DNA of 64,000 nt from Flavobacteriaceae bacterium (GCA_014238425.1 JABABD010000020.1:145536-209535), one strand, 5' to 3'; counted from the stretch's first letter, positions 38,818-51,356 are shown. Numbers and translations are program-made. The notes: generated from the letters alone by a model not told the origin.

Positions 38818-39916
38818 AGCTAGTGAAACAGTTCTTGAAATTGACCTCAAGGCTTTGCAACATAATTTTCAATACCTTAAATCCAAAATTGGCTCTAAAG
38901 TCAAAACCCTAGCAGTTATAAAAGCATTTGCCTATGGTAGTGATTCTGTAGAAATTGCCAAATATCTTGAGGTATTAGATGTAGATTATCTTGCAGTTGC
39001 ATATACTAAGGAAGGCGTCGTTTTAAGAGATGCAGGCATCAAAACACCTATTGTTGTATTGCATCCACAGCCAGTCAATTTCCAGCTTATTATTGAACGC
39101 TGTTTGGAGCCAAGTATTTACAGCCCAAGAATTTTGACATCTTTTATTGAAGTTGCCGAAAAACACCATCAAAAAGATTACCCTATACATGTGAAATTTA
39201 ATACTGGCTTGAATCGTTTGGGCTTTTGGGAAAATGATATTGATTATATAATTGAAAAATTAGCTAAAACAGCATCAATTAAGGTAAGCTCTATATTCTC
39301 TCATTTGGCGGCAAGCGAGGATATTGATGAAAAAGAGTTTACCTTAAATCAGATTGACAGCTTTAAAAACATTTCAATCAATTTAATAGATAATCTTGGG
39401 TATCGGCCTATGCGTCATATGACCAATACATCTGGAATCCTGAATTATCCAGAGGCTCATTTTGATATGGTAAGAGCGGGCATAGGGCTTTATGGATATG
39501 GAAATTCAGCCAAAGAAAGTGAAAACCTTAAGCCAATAGCGACGCTGAAATCTCTTATTTCTCAAATACATATGATTGAAAAAGGGGAGTCTGTAGGCTA
39601 CAACAGAGCATATACGTCTTCTGATTATGGGAAAACAGCAACAATTCCTATTGGTCATGCCGATGGCATTAGTAGAATTTATGGGCATGGCAAAGGACAT
39701 GTTTTCATCAATGGCAAAAAAGCTCCTATTGTTGGTAATGTTTGTATGGATATGCTAATGGTAAATATTTCTGATATTGATTGTAAAGAAGGAGATGAAG
39801 TCATCGTATTTGGAGCTGAAAATACGGCGGAACACCTTACAGAAGATGCAGGAACAATCTCATATGAGTTACTCACGGCTGTGTCTCAACGGATAAAACG
39901 AGTGTTTCGTCGGTAA
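38810..39916 (+). CDS. alr: Alanine racemase
   Basis: PLP-Lys region AVIKAFAYG, and LHPQ...SMDM. I chose the start at [13 protein letters not shown], whose ATGTCTAA overlaps the tdk stop. Confidence 0.8.
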   Translation: MSKASETVLEIDLKALQHNFQYLKSKIGSKVKTLAVIKAFAYGSDSVEIAKYLEVLDVDYLAVAYTKEGVVLRDAGIKTPIVVLHPQPVNFQLIIERCLEPSIYSPRILTSFIEVAEKHHQKDYPIHVKFNTGLNRLGFWENDIDYIIEKLAKTASIKVSSIFSHLAASEDIDEKEFTLNQIDSFKNISINLIDNLGYRPMRHMTNTSGILNYPEAHFDMVRAGIGLYGYGNSAKESENLKPIATLKSLISQIHMIEKGESVGYNRAYTSSDYGKTATIPIGHADGISRIYGHGKGHVFINGKKAPIVGNVCMDMLMVNISDIDCKEGDEVIVFGAENTAEHLTEDAGTISYELLTAVSQRIKRVFRR

Positions 39917-40001
39917 CGCGCTTCTTCATTTTAACACAACGACAGCAATGTGTTAAAATTTTAACTAAATTCACGTCAATTAACTAATAAATTAAAACAT
40001 C

Positions 40002-40400
40002 ATGTTAAAAGAATTTAAAGAATTTATCACTGGCGGTAACGTCATTGAGTTTGCTGTAGCAGTTATTATGGCTACTGCCATTGGTCAAGTTGTTACCGGT
40101 TTTGTAAATGACATTGTCATGCCAATAGTTGGTCAATTTACAGGAGGTACAGACTTTAGTCAGTTAAAGTATATCCTTACTGAAGCTTCAGGTTCTGAAG
40201 AAGCAGGCAATCTTGTTACTGAAAATGCTATTCGATGGGGTTCTTGGGTAAACACGATTATTAACTTACTTATCGTCGGTTTGGTTATGTTCATGATTAT
40301 TAAGGCATACAATAAAATGAAGAAACCAGCAGAAGATGCTCCAGCGGGACCTTCTCAAGAAGACTTGTTAGGAGAAATCAGGGATTTACTTAAAAAATAA
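40002..40400 (+). CDS. mscL: Large-conductance mechanosensitive channel
   Basis: MLKEFKEFITGGNVIEFAVAVIMATAIG..DIVMPIVG. Confidence 0.85.
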   Translation: MLKEFKEFITGGNVIEFAVAVIMATAIGQVVTGFVNDIVMPIVGQFTGGTDFSQLKYILTEASGSEEAGNLVTENAIRWGSWVNTIINLLIVGLVMFMIIKAYNKMKKPAEDAPAGPSQEDLLGEIRDLLKK

Positions 40401-40440
40401 GAACGTCTAGCTAACCGCTACACTACATATTTTTAATCTA

Positions 40441-40470
40441 AACCACGCCTTAAAGGCGTGGTTTTATTTT
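40441..40470 (+). terminator. Intrinsic terminator
   Basis: AACCACGCCTTAAAGGCGTGGTTTTATTTT. Confidence 0.7.
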
Positions 40471-40601
40471 ACAAAATGCTCATTTCTCAAATACACTATT
40501 GTACTTTTATTAAAACTTTGATCATAAGTGTTAATTTTTAATAAATGTTGACATCTTTAATACCAGAAATGATCTAAGTTTGCATTTAAATATTTTTAGT
40601 T

Positions 40602-41597
40602 ATGAGAGTAGCAGTTGTAGGTGTTACAGGTATGGTAGGTCAAGTTATGTTAAAAGTGCTTGAAGAAAGAAATCTGCCGATTTCGGAATTAATTCCAGTC
40701 GCTTCAGAAAGAAGTGTTGGAAAAGAGATTACATATAAATCCAAAACATATAAAGTTATCGGATTAAGAGATGCTGTGGCATCAAAACCAGATATCGCTC
40801 TATTCTCTGCTGGCGGAAACACCTCATTAGAATGGGCTCCAAAATTTGCCGATGTTGGCACGACTGTAATTGATAACTCTTCTGCTTGGCGCATGGACCG
40901 TAGTAAAAAACTAGTGGTTCCTGAAATAAATGCTAACGCATTAACCGCTTCTGATAAAATTATTGCTAATCCAAATTGTTCGACCATTCAATTGGTTATG
41001 GCACTAGCACCTTTACATAAAGAATACAAAATAAAAAGGTTAGTTATTTCAACATATCAATCGGTTTCTGGAACAGGTGTTAAAGCTGTTCAACAATTAG
41101 AAAATGAAATTGCTGGCATAAAAGGTGAAATGGCTTATCCTTATCCTATTCATAAAAATGCATTGCCACATTGTGATGTCTTCGAAGAGAATGGATATAC
41201 CAAAGAAGAGATGAAACTCGTAAGAGAAACCCAGAAAATACTAAACGATAAAACTATTGCTGTTACTGCCACCGCAGTTAGAATTCCTACCGCTGGTGGT
41301 CATAGCGAATCGGTTAATATTGAGTTCGAAAATGATTTCAATCTTTCAAATATTCGATCTTTATTAAGCAAAACACCTGGCATTGTTGTTCAAGATAATA
41401 CCGATGTAAACACTTATCCGATGCCAATTTATGCGCATGGAAAAGACGATGTATTTGTAGGAAGAATTCGTAGAGATGGATCTCAACCAAACACGCTTAA
41501 CATGTGGGTTGTTAGTGACAATCTTCGTAAAGGTGCAGCGACTAATGCGGTTCAAATTGCCGAGTACTTACTAGAAAATAAGCTTGTAAAGGCTTGA
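40602..41597 (+). CDS. asd: Aspartate-semialdehyde dehydrogenase
   Basis: MRVAVVGVTGMVGQ Rossmann fold; active-site Cys in NPNCSTIQ; and STYQSVSGTG. Confidence 0.9.
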   Translation: MRVAVVGVTGMVGQVMLKVLEERNLPISELIPVASERSVGKEITYKSKTYKVIGLRDAVASKPDIALFSAGGNTSLEWAPKFADVGTTVIDNSSAWRMDRSKKLVVPEINANALTASDKIIANPNCSTIQLVMALAPLHKEYKIKRLVISTYQSVSGTGVKAVQQLENEIAGIKGEMAYPYPIHKNALPHCDVFEENGYTKEEMKLVRETQKILNDKTIAVTATAVRIPTAGGHSESVNIEFENDFNLSNIRSLLSKTPGIVVQDNTDVNTYPMPIYAHGKDDVFVGRIRRDGSQPNTLNMWVVSDNLRKGAATNAVQIAEYLLENKLVKA

Positions 41598-41673
41598 TAC
41601 TGGGTCTGCCTGATATTTTTTGTTACTTTTATTAACCCTTTTCGTTTCTTGACCTATTTAATAAAATTAGGTC

Positions 41674-43326
41674 ATGAATAGAAGAACTACGTTGATGAGA
41701 TTAAAGGCAATCTTTTTTGTCCTATTTATTACAAGCGCAGTTAGCGCACAAGTTTCATTTACACCTGAATCCTTAAGCGCATTTTCTGGAGGTGAAAGTT
41801 GTATTGTAGATATGGACAATGATCAATTAGACGACATTGTTCGTGTAAGTGGAACTACTGTAAACATACTATTTCAAACCGCTTCTGGATTTAGCGAACA
41901 ATCTTTTGCACCATCTCCACAACAGCAAAACCCACCTAATTGGAGTATTGCGGCAGGCGACTTAGATGGCGATGGCTATAATGATCTTTTTTTGGGGGGA
42001 ACCTCAAGAGGAACATTTCTTTTTAATGATAGTGCCAATGGATTCTCAACTGATAATCAAAGTGATTATATTTTTTGCCAACGATCCACATTTGCCGATA
42101 TCGATGATGACGGAGATCTAGACGCCTTCGTTTGCCATGATGTAGACGAAAGTCATCCTTATAGAAATGACGGCAATCGCAATATAGTGATGGATCAAAC
42201 ACTTATTGAGACAGCAGATCTTCCAGGAAATTATGCCGCCATTTGGGTAGATTATGATAATGATCGGGATATCGATCTGTATATTACTAAATGCAAGGTA
42301 AATTCCTCACCGGGTGATGTGGAAAGAACCAATTTAATGTATCGCAACAATGGTGATGGCACGTATACCGAAGTCGCGGAGAGCTTAGGTATCAATGACA
42401 ATGCGCAGTCTTGGGCAACAGTCTTTGATGATCTTGATAATGATGGCGATATGGATATGTTTATCGTAAATCATGATTTCTCAAATAGGTACTACAAGAA
42501 CAACCTCATCGAAAACAATAATGGCATTGTTACATTTACCGATATCATAGGCACTACAGGAATTGCGGCAGATGATTTAGGGTCTTGGGAAAATGTTGTT
42601 GCCGATTTTGACAATGATGGAGACCTAGATATTCTTTCAGAATTAAGCAAGGAACTTTATGTGAATAATGGTAATAATACATTTACTGGGCAGGATTTAT
42701 CTTTCAATGATGGTGCTATTGGAGATATTGATAACGATGGAGATATAGATGTCGTAAATGGCAATACTTTGTATAGAAATGACAACACAACAAACGACTG
42801 GATTAAAATACATACCATTGGTGTAGAAAGCAATTCTAACGGTATAGGCGCGCGCATTGAACTTACGGGCACATTTGGCAAACAAATGAGAGAAGTTCGT
42901 TCGGGGCAAGGTTTTAGACATATGAGTTCTTTAACTACTCATTTTGGTCTTGGGCCATCAAATACTACACGAGCTTCGGTAAATGCCATCACAATCTATT
43001 GGCCATCTGGCACTATTGACATTATTAATAATCCTTCCATCAACACTACTATAAATGTGACTGAAGGGCAAACATTAGGGCTTGAGGATACTTTAATTAA
43101 TAATTTAATAATATACCCAAATCCAACCAATAATGTTATTAATTTAAATGCCTCAGCAAATATGTTAGGTGCCGTCTATACAATTTTTGATGCAAATGGC
43201 AGACGCGTAATGAATGCAAAATTACAATCATCGCAAATAAATGTTTCAAAGCTAAGTTCAGGCAACTATATTCTACGTTTAATATCTGGTGAGAAAATAA
43301 AGACTCAGAAGTTTATCAAACGCTAG
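41674..43326 (+). CDS. FG-GAP/VCBS-repeat (CRTAC1/ASPIC-UnbV-like) secreted protein with a T9SS C-terminal sorting domain
   Basis: Repeated DxDxDGxxD beta-propeller motifs. A C-terminal ~80 aa Por-secretion-tail-like domain (IYPNPTNNVINLN...YILRLISGEKIKTQKFIK). Confidence 0.7.
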   Translation: MNRRTTLMRLKAIFFVLFITSAVSAQVSFTPESLSAFSGGESCIVDMDNDQLDDIVRVSGTTVNILFQTASGFSEQSFAPSPQQQNPPNWSIAAGDLDGDGYNDLFLGGTSRGTFLFNDSANGFSTDNQSDYIFCQRSTFADIDDDGDLDAFVCHDVDESHPYRNDGNRNIVMDQTLIETADLPGNYAAIWVDYDNDRDIDLYITKCKVNSSPGDVERTNLMYRNNGDGTYTEVAESLGINDNAQSWATVFDDLDNDGDMDMFIVNHDFSNRYYKNNLIENNNGIVTFTDIIGTTGIAADDLGSWENVVADFDNDGDLDILSELSKELYVNNGNNTFTGQDLSFNDGAIGDIDNDGDIDVVNGNTLYRNDNTTNDWIKIHTIGVESNSNGIGARIELTGTFGKQMREVRSGQGFRHMSSLTTHFGLGPSNTTRASVNAITIYWPSGTIDIINNPSINTTINVTEGQTLGLEDTLINNLIIYPNPTNNVINLNASANMLGAVYTIFDANGRRVMNAKLQSSQINVSKLSSGNYILRLISGEKIKTQKFIKR

Positions 43327-43420
43327 CGATTTTTATTAAAAGACTGTTAAAAAGCCCTAATTTATATAAGTCAGGGCTTTTTTTTCGATTACATTTGAAA
43401 GACAACTAAAAAAGCATATA

Positions 43421-45583
43421 ATGAAACATTTAACAATCTGTTTAATTGCATTGACAATTATCACATCATGTAAAACAGACAATTCGCAAACCAAAGAAAG
43501 AAACATCGCCGTGAATTACCCAGAAACTAAATCAGCAGATTCAGTAGACACCTATTTTGGAACAGAAGTAAAAGATCCTTATCGATGGTTAGAAGATGAC
43601 AGAAGCAAGGAAACCGAAGAATGGGTAAAAATCCAGAATGAAGTAACATATGGCTATCTGGATACTATTCCTTTTAGAAAAGAATTGAAGGAACGATTAG
43701 AGAAAATGTGGAATTATGAAAAAATAAGCGCACCTTTTAAAGAAGGTGATTACACCTATTTCTATAAGAATGATGGGTTGCAAAATCAATATGTTGTATA
43801 TCGTTCAAAAGAAGACAGCGAACCAGAAGTGTTCCTTGACCCAAATACCTTTAGTGAAGATGGCACCACATCTCTGGCTGGGCTGAGTTTTTCTAAAAAT
43901 GGAAAATTAGCAGCCTATTCAATATCTGAAGGCGGAAGCGACTGGAGAAAAGTTATCGTTATTGATGTTGAAAAAGTTGAACGCGTTGAAGATACGCTTG
44001 TGGATGTAAAATTCAGCGGTATTTCTTGGAGAGGTAATGAAGGCTTCTATTATTCTAGTTACGACAAGCCCAAAGGAAGTGAATTATCTGCTAAGACAGA
44101 TCAGCACAAAGTATATTATCATAAACTAGGAACCGCCCAAAAACAAGACGCACTTATTTATGGAGGCACTCCTGCGGAAAAGCATCGTTATATAGGCGCA
44201 AGTGTTACCGAGGATGACAAATATCTTGTTATCAGCGCTAGCACGTCAACCTCTGGAAATAAGTTATTTATAAAAGATTTGGCTGCCTCTAACGAAAAAC
44301 TAGTCACTATTCTTAATCATACAGATTCGGATTCGTACATCATAGAAAATGATGAAAGCAAATTATACATCGTGACTAATCTTAATGCACCTAATAAAAA
44401 AATAGTGACCGTAGACGCATCCAATCCTGCACCAGATAATTGGGCTGATTTCATTCCTGAAACAGAAAACGTATTAAGTCCATCAACAGGGTCGGGCTAT
44501 TTCTTTGCTGAATACATGGTTGATGCTATTTCAAAAATAAAACAATACGATTATGATGGTAAATTTATAAGAGATGTAGAACTTCCTGGTGTGGGCAGCG
44601 CTGGTGGCTTTAGTGGTAAAAAAGAAGAAGCCATTCTTTATTATTCATTTACCAATTACATTACGCCTGGAACCACCTATTCTTATAAAGCAAAAGAAGG
44701 GGTCTCATCAGTGTATAGAAAATCAGGAGCCGATTTTAATAGTGACGAATATGAAAGCAATCAGGTATTCTATACCTCTAAGGATGGTACCAAAGTCCCT
44801 ATGATCATTACTCACAAAAAAGATCTTGATATGAATGGAAAGAATCCAACTATTCTTTATGGATATGGAGGGTTTAATATTAGTTTAACGCCTTCGTTTA
44901 GTATTACTAACGCGGTTTGGCTAGAGCAAGGTGGTATTTATGCCGTACCAAATCTTCGAGGTGGTGGTGAATATGGAAAAGAGTGGCATGATGCGGGAAC
45001 GCAAATGAAAAAGCAAAACGTATTTGATGACTTTATTGCAGCAGCAGAATACTTAATAGAAAAAGATTATACATCTCCAGATTTTTTGGCTATTCGTGGT
45101 GGATCTAACGGTGGTTTGTTAGTTGGCGCCACTATGACACAACGTCCAGATTTAATGAAAGTCGCATTACCTGCTGTTGGTGTTTTAGATATGTTAAGAT
45201 ATCATACGTTTACAGCTGGTGCTGGATGGGCATATGACTATGGCACTTCAGAGCAGAGCAAAGAAATGTTCGATTATCTTAAAGGCTATTCTCCTGTTCA
45301 TAATGTAAAAGTAGGTGTAGAGTACCCTGCAACTTTGGTCACAACCGGAGATCATGATGATCGTGTGGTACCAGCTCATAGTTTTAAGTTCGCAGCAGAA
45401 TTACAAGATAAGCAGACTGGTAACAACCCAACCTTGATACGTATTGAAACCGATGCTGGCCATGGCGCCGGAACTCCAGTTAGTAAAACCATTGAACAGT
45501 ATGCTGATATCTTTGGATTTACTTTATACAATATGGGTTTCGATGTGTTGCCAAGTAAGACAAAAGAAAAAATAAAAGGTTAA
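43421..45583 (+). CDS. Prolyl oligopeptidase (S9A), lipoprotein
   Basis: The N-terminal propeller is followed by the catalytic GGSNGGLL nucleophile elbow, with Asp and His downstream. Confidence 0.85.
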   Translation: MKHLTICLIALTIITSCKTDNSQTKERNIAVNYPETKSADSVDTYFGTEVKDPYRWLEDDRSKETEEWVKIQNEVTYGYLDTIPFRKELKERLEKMWNYEKISAPFKEGDYTYFYKNDGLQNQYVVYRSKEDSEPEVFLDPNTFSEDGTTSLAGLSFSKNGKLAAYSISEGGSDWRKVIVIDVEKVERVEDTLVDVKFSGISWRGNEGFYYSSYDKPKGSELSAKTDQHKVYYHKLGTAQKQDALIYGGTPAEKHRYIGASVTEDDKYLVISASTSTSGNKLFIKDLAASNEKLVTILNHTDSDSYIIENDESKLYIVTNLNAPNKKIVTVDASNPAPDNWADFIPETENVLSPSTGSGYFFAEYMVDAISKIKQYDYDGKFIRDVELPGVGSAGGFSGKKEEAILYYSFTNYITPGTTYSYKAKEGVSSVYRKSGADFNSDEYESNQVFYTSKDGTKVPMIITHKKDLDMNGKNPTILYGYGGFNISLTPSFSITNAVWLEQGGIYAVPNLRGGGEYGKEWHDAGTQMKKQNVFDDFIAAAEYLIEKDYTSPDFLAIRGGSNGGLLVGATMTQRPDLMKVALPAVGVLDMLRYHTFTAGAGWAYDYGTSEQSKEMFDYLKGYSPVHNVKVGVEYPATLVTTGDHDDRVVPAHSFKFAAELQDKQTGNNPTLIRIETDAGHGAGTPVSKTIEQYADIFGFTLYNMGFDVLPSKTKEKIKG

Positions 45584-45717
45584 TCTAAGGCAATCCTCTT
45601 AAATCTAAAAGTTATCTATCACATTGAGCGCACACGTGTCGCTGAAGCTTTAGCGTAAGCACAGTCGAAATGTCTTTTAACTTTTAGATTTTTTTTACCC
45701 TCTTTTTGAAAAAAAAT

Positions 45718-46641
45718 ATGCTTAAAGTAAAAAACCTCACATTTCAATATGACAAGATTCCTGTCCTTCAAAACATTTCTTTTAATGTTGATAAAGGAGA
45801 GAATATTGCTATTATTGGTGAAAGTGGTTCGGGTAAAAGCACCTTATTGAAATTGTTATATGGTGAATATGATTTAAACAAAGGGCAAATCTTCTGGAAC
45901 AGCGAAGAAATATTAGGCCCAAAATACAATCTCGTTGTTGGCTATGACTTCATGAAGCAGGTGACGCAAGAATTTGACCTTATGCCTTTTACTTCCGTAG
46001 AAGAAAATATTGGAAAACATTTGTCCAATTTTTTTCCTGAAGAAAAGAAGGTGCGAACTGCCGAACTCATAGGCGTTGTACAATTAACAGCTTTTGCAAA
46101 AACCAAAGTGAAATTATTAAGTGGTGGCCAAAAACAACGTGTGGCTTTAGCAAGAGCTATTGCCAAACAACCAGAAATCATCTTGTTAGATGAACCTTTC
46201 AGTCATATCGATAACTTCAAGAAACAAAGCCTTCGAAGAAATCTATTCAAGTACTTAAAAAAGCACAAAATCTCATGTGTCGTCGCAACTCACGACAAAG
46301 ATGATGTCTTAGGTTATGCAGACCAAATGATTGTTTTAGATAAAGCTACAATTGCAGCGAAAGACACACCTGAAAAACTTTATAATAATCCGGAAGCGCC
46401 TTTGATTGCTTCCTTTTTCGGAGAATTCAACGTAATCAATGATGAAATTATTTATGCTTATCAACTAAAGGTCGTGCCAGAATCTGATTTAAAAGCTATC
46501 GTAAAACAGTGTTATTTTAAAGGCACTCATTATTTGATTGAATCTGAATTGAACGGAGAGGCATTGTTTTTTGAAAATCCTTCTGAAGTAAAAAACAACA
46601 CCTTAATCAGTCTTGAGATTACAAAATTTGGTCAACAATAA
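45718..46641 (+). CDS. ABC transporter ATP-binding protein
   Basis: Walker A GESGSGKST, signature LSGGQKQR and Walker B ILLDEP. ATG at 45718; the track began at TTG 45706. Confidence 0.75.
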   Translation: MLKVKNLTFQYDKIPVLQNISFNVDKGENIAIIGESGSGKSTLLKLLYGEYDLNKGQIFWNSEEILGPKYNLVVGYDFMKQVTQEFDLMPFTSVEENIGKHLSNFFPEEKKVRTAELIGVVQLTAFAKTKVKLLSGGQKQRVALARAIAKQPEIILLDEPFSHIDNFKKQSLRRNLFKYLKKHKISCVVATHDKDDVLGYADQMIVLDKATIAAKDTPEKLYNNPEAPLIASFFGEFNVINDEIIYAYQLKVVPESDLKAIVKQCYFKGTHYLIESELNGEALFFENPSEVKNNTLISLEITKFGQQ

Positions 46642-47068
46642 AAATCTGTTCCCTAAAAACAACTTGATTTCCAACTCTTTTTCCAATCAATAATTTTCCT
46701 ATTGGCGTATCAGGCGAAATAGCATAAAATAATTCAGACCCATTTGTTAGCTGTCCGGCACTAACAGAAATAAAATAATTAAGTTGTGTTGTAAACACCA
46801 AACTTCCCAAGCCAATAACTTCTGATGATTTCTCTATATCTATTTTAGAAAGTTGTGCCTTTACATTCTGAATCTCGGCTAATTGACGTCCTGCTTTTTC
46901 ACGCTCTAATTGCAACATGGCGCGTCCAGTCTCATGCTTATCACCTGCGCTACTCTTAGTTTCAGAGGTAAGTGATTCTTGAATCCCGTTTATTGTGTTT
47001 TGAATAGTTTTTAATCTTTGCTCCACAAATTCGAAACAAGCATTATATAGTTTTTGTTTGATCTTCAT
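46619..47068 (-). CDS. GreA/GreB C-terminal-domain-like protein
   Basis: A coiled N-terminal half and a C-terminal FKBP-like GreA-type domain (ISPDTPIGKLLIGKRVGNQV). Confidence 0.45.
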   Translation of the reverse strand: MKIKQKLYNACFEFVEQRLKTIQNTINGIQESLTSETKSSAGDKHETGRAMLQLEREKAGRQLAEIQNVKAQLSKIDIEKSSEVIGLGSLVFTTQLNYFISVSAGQLTNGSELFYAISPDTPIGKLLIGKRVGNQVVFREQIFIVDQIL

Positions 47069-48181
47069 TTATAATAAATCTGCCAATTCTTTTCCTACTA
47101 AACTTCCAATAGCCACACCCATACCTCCTAAACGAACTCCACAGTAAACATTATTATTTAACTGTTTTACAATGGCTTTTTTCTTATTGCCAACACCCAT
47201 AATACCACTCCAACGATAATCAATTTCAAACGGGATGTCTGATAAAATAGTTGTCTTCAAAAACTCCTCTAGTTTATTTTGCACTAATTCTGTTTGTCCA
47301 AATTGAAGAGTTTCTTCAGCCTTTAAATCCAAATTTCTGCCTCCTCCAAAAAGGATTCTGTTATCTATATTCCTAAAATAATAGTAGCCATGATCTATAT
47401 GAAATGTGCCTTTAATATGTAAATTATCAATGGGTTTGGTTATTAAGACCTGAGCTCTAGCTGGTTTCACATTTTCACTAAGTAATTGAGACGCGAATCC
47501 ATTCGTGGCAATTAATAATTTGGCGGTTGAAAACTCAAACTGATTGGTTTTTATCTTTATTGAATTTGTGTTTTCTGAAAAATTTTGAACTACAACGTTG
47601 TTCACAATTTTAATTCCTGATGTTTGGACTTTATTAAGCAAGGTTTCCATCATTCTACCAGTATCTATCTGCCCTTCAAACTGATTAAAACTATACTCCC
47701 TGTTAATATTATTAAAATTGAAAATATTGTTTTTAAAGCTAAATACGTCATCATTAAAAACAGGTCTTAGCAATCTGTTTATCATGTCTTGTTTCATCTT
47801 ACACACTTCAAACAAAGCGTCGTGTTCTTTAGCAAACAATTCATAGCCTCCATGATTTTGGTAATCGATCATGTTGTCTCCTAAAGTTTCTCTTAAAAGA
47901 TGGAGTCCATTAACACGTTTCTTTACGAGTTTTATTACTTCTTCCTCAGAATGCGTATTAAGGTCATTTATCAATTCGCTTAAACTGCCAAAGCAAGCAA
48001 AGCCAGCATTTTTAGTACTAGCCCCTTGAGGCAGCATCCCCTTTTCTAATATCAGGATTTTGGCTTTAGGAAAACGACGTTTCAACTGCAAACCACAGCT
48101 TAAGCCTACGATTCCGCTACCAACTATAGTGAAGTCTATATTGGCTAGCCACGATTTTATTTCCCAATAGGAGAGATTCAT
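47069..48181 (-). CDS. FAD-dependent oxidoreductase (DAO family)
   Basis: N-terminal GSGIVGLSCGLQL dinucleotide-binding motif. Confidence 0.7.
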   Translation of the reverse strand: MNLSYWEIKSWLANIDFTIVGSGIVGLSCGLQLKRRFPKAKILILEKGMLPQGASTKNAGFACFGSLSELINDLNTHSEEEVIKLVKKRVNGLHLLRETLGDNMIDYQNHGGYELFAKEHDALFEVCKMKQDMINRLLRPVFNDDVFSFKNNIFNFNNINREYSFNQFEGQIDTGRMMETLLNKVQTSGIKIVNNVVVQNFSENTNSIKIKTNQFEFSTAKLLIATNGFASQLLSENVKPARAQVLITKPIDNLHIKGTFHIDHGYYYFRNIDNRILFGGGRNLDLKAEETLQFGQTELVQNKLEEFLKTTILSDIPFEIDYRWSGIMGVGNKKKAIVKQLNNNVYCGVRLGGMGVAIGSLVGKELADLL

Positions 48182-48249
48182 GTTACTAATTTAATGGTTT
48201 TGCACTAAGTCCATAAAAAAACTCCGAAATTACTTTCGGAGTTTTTTGT

Positions 48250-49602
48250 CTATTCTTCAGCCTGTGATGCCATTTCGAAATCTTCCATGAATTTCGTCGT
48301 ATAATTTCCAGCGATATAATCTGGGTGATCCATGAGTTGTCTATGAAAAGGAATAGTTGTTTTGATGCCTTCAATAACGAACTCATCCAAGGCGCGCCTC
48401 ATCTTATTAATTGCTTCTTCACGAGTCTGAGCAGTAGTAATCAACTTAGCAATCATCGAATCGTAATTCGGTGGGATTGCATACCCCGCATACACGTGGG
48501 TATCTAAACGAACACCATGTCCTCCTGGTGCATGAAGTGTTGTTATTCTTCCTGGTGATGGCCTGAAGTCGTTATATGGGTCTTCTGCGTTTATACGACA
48601 CTCTATCGAATGCAATTTAGGCGTATAGTTTTTACCAGAAATTGGAATTCCCGCTGCTACCAATATCTGCTCACGAATTAAATCAAAATCTATAACTTGT
48701 TCGGTGATTGGATGTTCCACCTGAATTCTAGTATTCATTTCCATGAAGTAGAAATTACGATGTTTATCTACCAGGAATTCAACAGTTCCTGCACCTTCGT
48801 ACTTAATATATTCCGAAGCCTTTACCGCAGCTTTTCCCATTTTGTCACGAAGCGCTTTCGTCATAAATGGTGATGGCACTTCCTCTGTTAGTTTTTGGTG
48901 GCGACGTTGTATGGAGCAATCTCTTTCAGATAAATGACATGCTTTACCCGTAGAATCTCCTACAACTTGAATCTCAATATGTCTTGGCTCTTCAATGAGT
49001 TTCTCCATATACATATCGTCATTCCCGAAAGCTGCTTTGGATTCTTGTCTTGCGGAGTCCCATGCATCTTTCAAGTCTTCTTCTTTCCAAACACCTCGCA
49101 TACCTTTTCCTCCTCCTCCAGCTGATGCCTTTAACATGACTGGATAGCCCGTTTTTTTAGCTATTTTCTTGCATTCTTCAAAGGTCTCGATAACACCATC
49201 GCTACCTGGTACACAAGGTACTCCAGCAGCTTTCATGGTTTCCTTGGCATTGGCCTTATCACCCATGCGGTCAATCATCTCTGGAGAAGCACCAATGAAT
49301 TTAATTCCGTGCTCTTCACATATTTTGGAGAACTTGGCATTCTCAGATAAGAATCCATAGCCTGGGTGAATAGCATCTGCATTTGTGATTTCTGCTGCTG
49401 CAATAATGTTAGACATTTTTAAATAGGATTCGCTACTTGGTGCAGGTCCAATCCTAACAGCTTCATCGGCAAACTTAACATGAAGGCTTTCTTCGTCAGC
49501 AGAAGAATAAACTGCGACCGTTTTTATACCCATTTCTCTACAGGTTCGTATCACACGTAGTGCAATTTCCCCTCTATTAGCTACTAATATTTTTTTGAAC
49601 AT
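48250..49602 (-). CDS. accC: Acetyl-CoA carboxylase biotin carboxylase subunit
   Basis: [33 protein letters not shown] and the ATP-grasp motifs. Confidence 0.9.
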   Translation of the reverse strand: MFKKILVANRGEIALRVIRTCREMGIKTVAVYSSADEESLHVKFADEAVRIGPAPSSESYLKMSNIIAAAEITNADAIHPGYGFLSENAKFSKICEEHGIKFIGASPEMIDRMGDKANAKETMKAAGVPCVPGSDGVIETFEECKKIAKKTGYPVMLKASAGGGGKGMRGVWKEEDLKDAWDSARQESKAAFGNDDMYMEKLIEEPRHIEIQVVGDSTGKACHLSERDCSIQRRHQKLTEEVPSPFMTKALRDKMGKAAVKASEYIKYEGAGTVEFLVDKHRNFYFMEMNTRIQVEHPITEQVIDFDLIREQILVAAGIPISGKNYTPKLHSIECRINAEDPYNDFRPSPGRITTLHAPGGHGVRLDTHVYAGYAIPPNYDSMIAKLITTAQTREEAINKMRRALDEFVIEGIKTTIPFHRQLMDHPDYIAGNYTTKFMEDFEMASQAEE

Positions 49603-49698
49603 AACTTCTGAATTAAAAATTTCAAATTCCAAGCTCCAAATTCCGCGTGATGGATTTTAGGATTTGTGTTTTGGTCCCGAGGCTTCGGAATTAAATAG

Positions 49699-50184
49699 TT
49701 ATGATGGGTCTACTAAAAATAATGGCTGATCAAATTCAACCGGAGAAGCATCGTCCACTAGCACTTTCACAATTTTACCTGAAACTTCAGATTCTATCTC
49801 ATTAAATAGTTTCATGGCTTCAATAACACAAAGCACATCGCCTTCAGCAATTGATTGTCCTACCTCAACAAAAACAGGCTTGTCTGGTGATGACTTTCTA
49901 TAAAACGTCCCAATAATAGGAGATTTTACGGTAATATATTTTGATTCTTCCTCTGCGGCTGGCGCATTTGTGGTCACTGTTTCTTGAACTGCAGGAGCTG
50001 CTTGCTGTTGAGCTTGAACTATTTGCTGCATTGGTGCAGAAACAGGAACTTGCTGAACAAAAGTCGTTTCATTATCGTTCCCAGTTTTGATTGTGATTTT
50101 AACATCGTCTGTTTCAAGCTTAACCTCGCTGGCGCCAGATTTAGCTACAAACTTTATTAAATTCTGAATATCCTTTAAATCCAT
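49699..50184 (-). CDS. accB: Biotin carboxyl carrier protein
   Basis: Biotinyl motif EAMKLFNEIE. Confidence 0.85.
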   Translation of the reverse strand: MDLKDIQNLIKFVAKSGASEVKLETDDVKITIKTGNDNETTFVQQVPVSAPMQQIVQAQQQAAPAVQETVTTNAPAAEEESKYITVKSPIIGTFYRKSSPDKPVFVEVGQSIAEGDVLCVIEAMKLFNEIESEVSGKIVKVLVDDASPVEFDQPLFLVDPS

Positions 50185-50220
50185 AATGATTGGTGTTAAT
50201 TATGATAGTTTTTAGTTAGT

Positions 50221-51219
50221 TTAATTAGAATCGTAAGCCCATTTCAAATAAATAGACCCCCAAGTAAATCCGCCGCCAAAAGCTGCAAATACTATATTAT
50301 CTCCTTTTTTGAGTTGTTTTTCAAAGTCACTCAAAAGTAAAGGCAAGGTGGCTGATGTTGTATTGCCATAACGTTGAATGTTCATAAGAACTTTCGAATC
50401 AATAAGATTCATACGTCTAGCAGTAGCATCAATAATTCGTTTGTTAGCTTGATGAGCAACTAACCAAGAAATATCTTCATTTGTTAAGTTATTCCGTTTC
50501 ATGATACGCTCACTCACATCTGCCATATTTGACACTGCATATTTAAATACCGTTTTACCATCTTGTTGAACAAAATGTTGCTTGTTCTTTACAGTTTCCT
50601 CACTTGAAGGAAGTATAGAACCACCTGCATCTATTTTAAGAAATTCTCTGCCAACGCCATCACTTCTCAATATTTCATCTTGAAAACCAAGACCTTCTGT
50701 ATTTGGCTCGAATAAAACCGCTCCTCCTCCATCTCCAAAAATTATGCAGGTTGTCCTGTCTTCATAATCAATGATCGACGACATTTTATCTGCACCTATT
50801 AATAATACTTTTTTATATCTGCCGGACTCTATATAACTCGAAGCAGTAGACATTCCATAAAGAAAGCTAGAACAGGCTGCTTGCAAATCGTAAGCGAAAG
50901 CATTTACAGCTCCTATTTCGCTAGCAACATAAACTGCAGTAGCGGCAACTGGCATATCTGGTGTTGCGGTAGCAACAATAACCATATCTATTTCTGTCGG
51001 ATTTAAATTTCTCTTTGCTATTAAATCTTCTGCGGCTTGTATTGCTAAATAAGATGTCCCTTTATTTGGTTCTTTTAGCAGTCGACGTTCTTTTATGCCT
51101 GTTCGTGACGTAATCCATTCGTCATTTGTATCAACCATCGTCTCTAAAACTTGGTTGCTTAAAACAAAATCTGGAACATATGCTCCTACAGCTGTAATTG
51201 CTGCTGTGATCTTACTCAT
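50221..51219 (-). CDS. fabH: 3-oxoacyl-ACP synthase III
   Basis: Active-site AACSSFLYG and the C-terminal GFGGGFTWGS. Confidence 0.9.
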   Translation of the reverse strand: MSKITAAITAVGAYVPDFVLSNQVLETMVDTNDEWITSRTGIKERRLLKEPNKGTSYLAIQAAEDLIAKRNLNPTEIDMVIVATATPDMPVAATAVYVASEIGAVNAFAYDLQAACSSFLYGMSTASSYIESGRYKKVLLIGADKMSSIIDYEDRTTCIIFGDGGGAVLFEPNTEGLGFQDEILRSDGVGREFLKIDAGGSILPSSEETVKNKQHFVQQDGKTVFKYAVSNMADVSERIMKRNNLTNEDISWLVAHQANKRIIDATARRMNLIDSKVLMNIQRYGNTTSATLPLLLSDFEKQLKKGDNIVFAAFGGGFTWGSIYLKWAYDSN

Positions 51220-51356
51220 ATTTATGTGATTGTTTTGACCAAAAAAACGTAAAAACTGCCTAAAAATGACGAATTATTAATGAAATTAGTGAATTTTAGC
51301 CAAATATTGCGCAAAATAAGTGGTTTTTGGAAGTTGAAGAAATTAATCATAAAAAA